Source: a virus (lineage: Duplodnaviria > Heunggongvirae > Uroviricota > Caudoviricetes). From it: a stretch of DNA of 64,000 nt. The notes beneath the pieces were generated by a model. It was not told where the DNA came from and made no database searches. It saw only the letters and a program-made list of their open reading frames with translations. Positions 59,601 through 64,000 of this stretch are shown here, in pieces. Numbering within the stretch: the stretch's first letter is position 1; each line of letters opens with the position of its first letter. The DNA lies in IMG/VR virus record IMGVR_UViG_3300032050_000059. One strand, written 5' to 3'. The position numbers and the translations under genes are program-made.

Positions 59601-62600
59601 TCCTTATGGACAAGTGTTCTCCACTGTAATCAACGCCCTCCATAATACAAGCATTGGTAAAATAGCTGGAAAACTTCTAAAACTAAGCCAGAAAGACTCT
59701 GACTATGTTAGATTCTTCCAAAGGGTGGGAGGAGATCTGGAAACAGGAACTCTTCCATTTGGAGACTTCAAGTATGATGATTGGAGATTGTTTATAGAAT
59801 TGGTACAGGTGTATACAAAACAAAAGCCTGATGCTAGGATAGAATACATACAAGGAAATCAGGTGTATTCTGGTTCTGCGCTTGTAACAGGTATTGTCAA
59901 CACCACTGTTAAAGGATGGATACAGAACATCAGAAACCTGGCTAAAGATCCAGACTCAATCATTAAATATGATAGTATAGATAAATCCTACACAATTGAG
60001 GATATATCAGATGTAAAGATTGACAGCCCTAAAGAACAATTGGAGTTCCTTGCAAAGCTGGGAGTAACATTCTCTAAGGATGCATATGACCGTCTTAGCA
60101 AAGATATTAAAGAGAACAAGTTCCCAACAGCTGTAAGCTCTATTAAGAACACCCTGCTTAAGGATAAGCAGATCATGAATGTTCAGAAGAAAACTCTGGA
60201 CATCGGAGGTCCTCTAAATACATTGGCTGAGTTCCTGGTAGGTGCTACTAATCCTATTCAGGCAAGCACCCGTACAAACATCACAGGTAACCAAGCTAAC
60301 TCATTTGCAGATAGCAACGCTCCTTCTGTGTTTGAAACCACATTCAATGAGGTGGGAAGTATACAGGAGCTGTTCCAAATCAGACCTGAGCTACAAGATG
60401 TGTTCTCTAAAGGATCACAAGTGCTCAAACTTGGTGGACTGTTCTTTGATGAAGACGGTAAGAGAACTAACTTAAAGATTAAGTTGGGATATATCGAAGG
60501 AAGAAACAACAATGACACCTCTTCAGGAAAGTCAGTTGGTAATCTTACAGAGGGAGAAAAGCTTTCTTTGGAGATTAACCAGAACCTGAATGGTCAGTTC
60601 TATGTACTGATTCCTGCAGATAGCTCTACAGAATGGATGATGAATCTAGGAAACAATGTAGAGTTTGCTGAATTTGAAACAGGAGAGGCATGGGACAAGG
60701 TGAATAACATATTCAAGGATTATCTATTTGATGACGTAGCTCTTGCCCTAGATGCTGATAACAGAAAAGATATTAGAAACCTTGGAGACAGAGCAAGAGA
60801 TCTTCGCTTCTTTGGAGAGATTCTCTCTGAGAAATACGCTTCTGCCATCCAGGAAATGATTGATGATGAGAGATCACTTAGTGATATCCAAACATACATC
60901 AATGAGAACTTTAAGGATAGAGAGGTTGAAGACCCAGTGGGTAACAAGAAAATTGTTCTTGGTATAGAGTCTGACATCAAAGCTTTCATAAATGGTTCAG
61001 CACAAGAAACCATAGAAAACCTGAAAAACACAGGTGAGCTTTCTTTCACAGATGAAGGTTTTCTTAAATATGAATCTCTTGATGGCAACTTTGCTAGCAG
61101 AGAAAGTTTAAAAAAGAATGAGCTAAGTGAGGAAGATGTTACAAACATTATAATGTTTGCTAATACCAACCAGATCATTAGCAACTTTGAGTATCACAAG
61201 ATATTGTTTGGTGATCCTTATCAGTTTGCTATTAAGGATAATCAGCTAGATGAGACTAAGCGTATTAAGAGCTTCCTCTCTCCAAGAAGAATGACTGTTG
61301 ATCTTGTGGAGTTTAACTCATTCCTTAATGATAATGTGAACAATGCTGATGGAATAAAGCTTGATCCTAAAGATCCAGGCTACCACACCTTCAAGTCTTA
61401 CACAAAGACTATTACATTGAATGATGTGAAGGTGGCTAGTTCACTGGCTAATAATCCTAATCTTTCTAAGGAAGTGAGAAAAGCCTTCCTTGATATCACT
61501 GAGGCTGACGCTTCTTCTATTCTTGAGCTAGGCACATATAGAGAGGTTAAGATTAAGAACTCTCAGTGGCCTAAGGAAGCAGAAGATTGGTATCAATGGC
61601 AGATGGCTTATACCAGACAGAACATGCCTGGATATGAATACACTAATCCTGTTCTTGAGGAACATGACAAAGCATTGGTAGCTACTCCTGAGCCTAGTTT
61701 CGTAATAGAGGTGCTGAAGCCAATTGTATCTGGTGTAAAGAACAACAAGAACAGAATTGAGCTTGTGCTTGATAAGTTCTCCCAAATGCCCATCTACTAT
61801 AAGGCTGTACAGGGAACTAGTCTTGAAGATGTATATCTGAGAATGATTAATCCTGATAACCAAATAGGTTATGCTATCATGGTGTCTGGTAGAAAGGTGG
61901 GTGCTCAGAAATTGTATGAGCTATACAAAGGTGGCAAACTAAACAGTGATGCTTTCTCTGAGGAAGACATTGTTGAGGTGCCTTGGAAGATATATGGTAT
62001 ACAGGTGGAGAATAGTTATGAAGGTCCTGGTTACCAAACTAGAGGTAGTCAGCTTACAAAGATATCTACCCTTGACCTATATGCATACGGTGAACCTATT
62101 GGTGCTAATGCTGAGAGAAAAGAAGCTATTAGAGCTGCTGTAAATAAGAACAAAGACATCCTTAGTAGATACCATAAGAATAAATATGAAGGTTTCCTTA
62201 AGAAAGCTGGACTAGAAGACTTGGAAGGTGTGTACAGAATTGTAGACAGAGCTGCTCTTGCTAAGGCTCTGCAGGATGAGATGTTCAAAAGAACTCTGTC
62301 TGAGAATGTAGTGGATAGTATACAACTTGATGAAAACAACGAGTTCATCATTCCTTTTGAGGCTTCTCCTGCATATGTTCAGATTAGAAACATCATCTAT
62401 TCTTTCATAGATAAGGCTATCGGTTCTCCTAAAATGTCAGGTGGTCCATATGTACAGGTGCCTGTAACAGGATGGGAAAGTGCTTCTAAGGGAAGAGGTC
62501 TGGCTGTAAAGACAAAAGATGGCTACAAAAAGATAAGCAGAGAAGAGTATGAGGCTATGGAGGATAAGAAAGGTGTAATCCTTACAGAGGACACTCTTAA

Positions 62601-64000
62601 GATATATGAGGATGAGAAGGGTAAGAGATATTGTGAGGTGATGATTCCTCACTGGTTCAGAGATTTGGGCAAGCTGTCTAAGAAGACAGATGCTGAAATC
62701 CTGCAATATCTGAACACTCCTGAAGGAAGAAAGATACTAACAGGTGTTGGTTTCCGTATTCCTACACAGGCGCTAAGCTCTGCAGAAGTGTTTGTTGTGA
62801 AGGGCTTCCTTCCTAAGGCTATGGGTAAGACGGTGGTTGTTCCATCAGCCATCACTACAAAAGCTGGATCTGACTTTGATATAGATAAACTCAACATGTA
62901 TCTGAAAGCCACCTATATTGATAGGAATGGTAATCTCAAACTTGTCACTCTTGAGGGTGATGAGGCAAGTACAAGAGCTTTCTATACAAAGGTGTTCAAT
63001 GATTCATTAGCTGGAAAACAAATGTACAAGACTGAGCTGTTGGAAGCTGCACAGATCTTATCATACAACCTTGATGATCCTAAGAATCTTGTAGAGAAAT
63101 ATGCTAATACATTAAACATTGTTCTTGAAGGAGTTACTGACTCATCTGACTATGAGCAGGCTATAATAGATGATATTAATGAGCTTGGAGATGAAAACAT
63201 TCAGAAGGGTCTGAGAGAGAAGTTTGTAGATGAGATGTATACAAAAGCTCTTGAAAATGAATACTATGAGAGCCTAGAAGAACTGCTTACACTCCCTGAG
63301 AACTTCAGCAGATTGGTGAATCCTGTAACTGATGGTGGTCTGAAGAAGCTAGCTGGAAAGATAGATGCATTGAAAGGATATGATGAAGCAGCTGTTAAGA
63401 ACAAGCTTCTTAATAGAAACTTCCTGAGCAATCTAAGGAATGCATTCATCACTGGTAAGAAGTGGGTGGGTATTGTGGCTACAAACATCACAGGACACTC
63501 TCTTGCACAGAAGTCTAAGATTATAATTGATCCAGTTAGATTTGAAAATGTTAAGAATAGAGACGAGAGAAACATTCTTAAATACAATGGTGGACAGATC
63601 CTCCTTGATCATAACACTATAGAAGTGGATGGTAAGACATATGCTTCTATCTCAGGAATCTATGATGCTAAGAATGAAGGATACATCTCTGATGGTTTAT
63701 CTGGATATGCTACAGCTGTTGTGGACGTTGCTAAAGACCCATACATCTTGAGAATCATTAAGAGCGATCTTTTGATAAGCACATTCATGTTCCTCAGAAG
63801 AGTAGGTGTTCCTAATGAGCAGCTGGCAATGTTCATGAACCAGCCAATCATAGATGAGTATATTAAGCTCTTAGATAAGAAGAAGTCAAAAACTCTATTT
63901 GATTCAAGATATATAAATGAGATACAGGAGTTTTTCCCTCATCTTAAACAAGACATAACTAATACGTTTGATAAGGATGGTCTTGAAGAAAACATCAAAA
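53692..64000 (+). CDS. giant virion protein (more than 3400 aa, 3' partial) containing a crAss-like virion RNA polymerase DPBB catalytic segment; start codon uncertain
   Basis: Frame 53692... is stop-free to the window end. The first in-frame ATG is at 53851; GTG is at 53761. At 62792-62886 the translation reads GFRIPTQALSSAEVFVVKGFLP...VVPSAITTKAGSDFDIDKLNMY, paralleling RNAP beta-prime RAPTLH...NADFDGDQMAVH. An HEIFH motif lies at 58741-58755. Confidence 0.6.

Noticed and set aside
53690-64000. Numerous 60-165-aa minus-strand ORFs (e.g. 56058..56555, 60720..61184, 63264..63587) opposite the giant plus-strand gene
   Set aside because: Their translations are low-complexity S/L/F-rich strings typical of the antisense of AAG/GAA-rich coding sequence. 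They lie entirely inside a continuous, motif-bearing plus-strand frame.
1-64000. CRISPR array, integrase/att sites, or a bacterial defence island
   Set aside because: No spacer-repeat periodicity was seen. No tyrosine/serine recombinase motifs. The gene content is uniformly phage replication plus morphogenesis, indicating a lytic crAss-like phage segment rather than a host island.

Overview
The window looks like part of a crAss-like (Crassvirales-type) podophage genome that infects a Bacteroidetes host. It has two divergently transcribed arms that meet at a GC-rich, repeat-rich switch region at about 20.25-20.73 kb.

Left arm (1-20251, all minus strand) carries replication and early genes:
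- a GHKL ATPase, truncated at the window edge
- a family-1 uracil-DNA glycosylase with a non-canonical active-site motif
- a TOPRIM primase-like protein
- an SSB-like protein
- a P-loop ATPase
- a DEAH SF2 helicase
- a DnaB-like helicase
- a family-B DNA polymerase
- a free-standing HNH endonuclease
- a histone-H1-like lysine-rich protein
- about 15 small hypothetical early genes, several of them Zn-ribbon or acidic

Right arm (20734 to the window end, all plus strand) starts from a Bacteroidetes-type promoter (TTTG-N20-TAnnTTTG) and carries morphogenesis genes:
- a candidate small terminase
- large terminase
- portal
- a minimal SPFH/band-7 domain protein sitting in the slot usually held by a prohead protease
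- an acidic scaffold-like protein
- major capsid protein, followed by a 180-bp GC-rich multi-hairpin RNA element
- a second abundant virion protein
- tail fibres, including one with a tail-collar domain
- poly-Thr linker proteins
- a metallophosphoesterase
- several very large virion proteins of 1691, 1057 and 887 aa
- an open reading frame of more than 3400 aa that runs off the window end. It contains an RNAP beta-prime-like double-psi beta-barrel (DPBB) segment (FRIPT...SDFDIDKL) typical of crAss-like virion RNA polymerases, plus an HExxH motif.

No tRNA, rRNA or CRISPR was found. The genetic code appears standard. All functional calls rest on motif-level reading of the supplied translations. 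No database search was possible.
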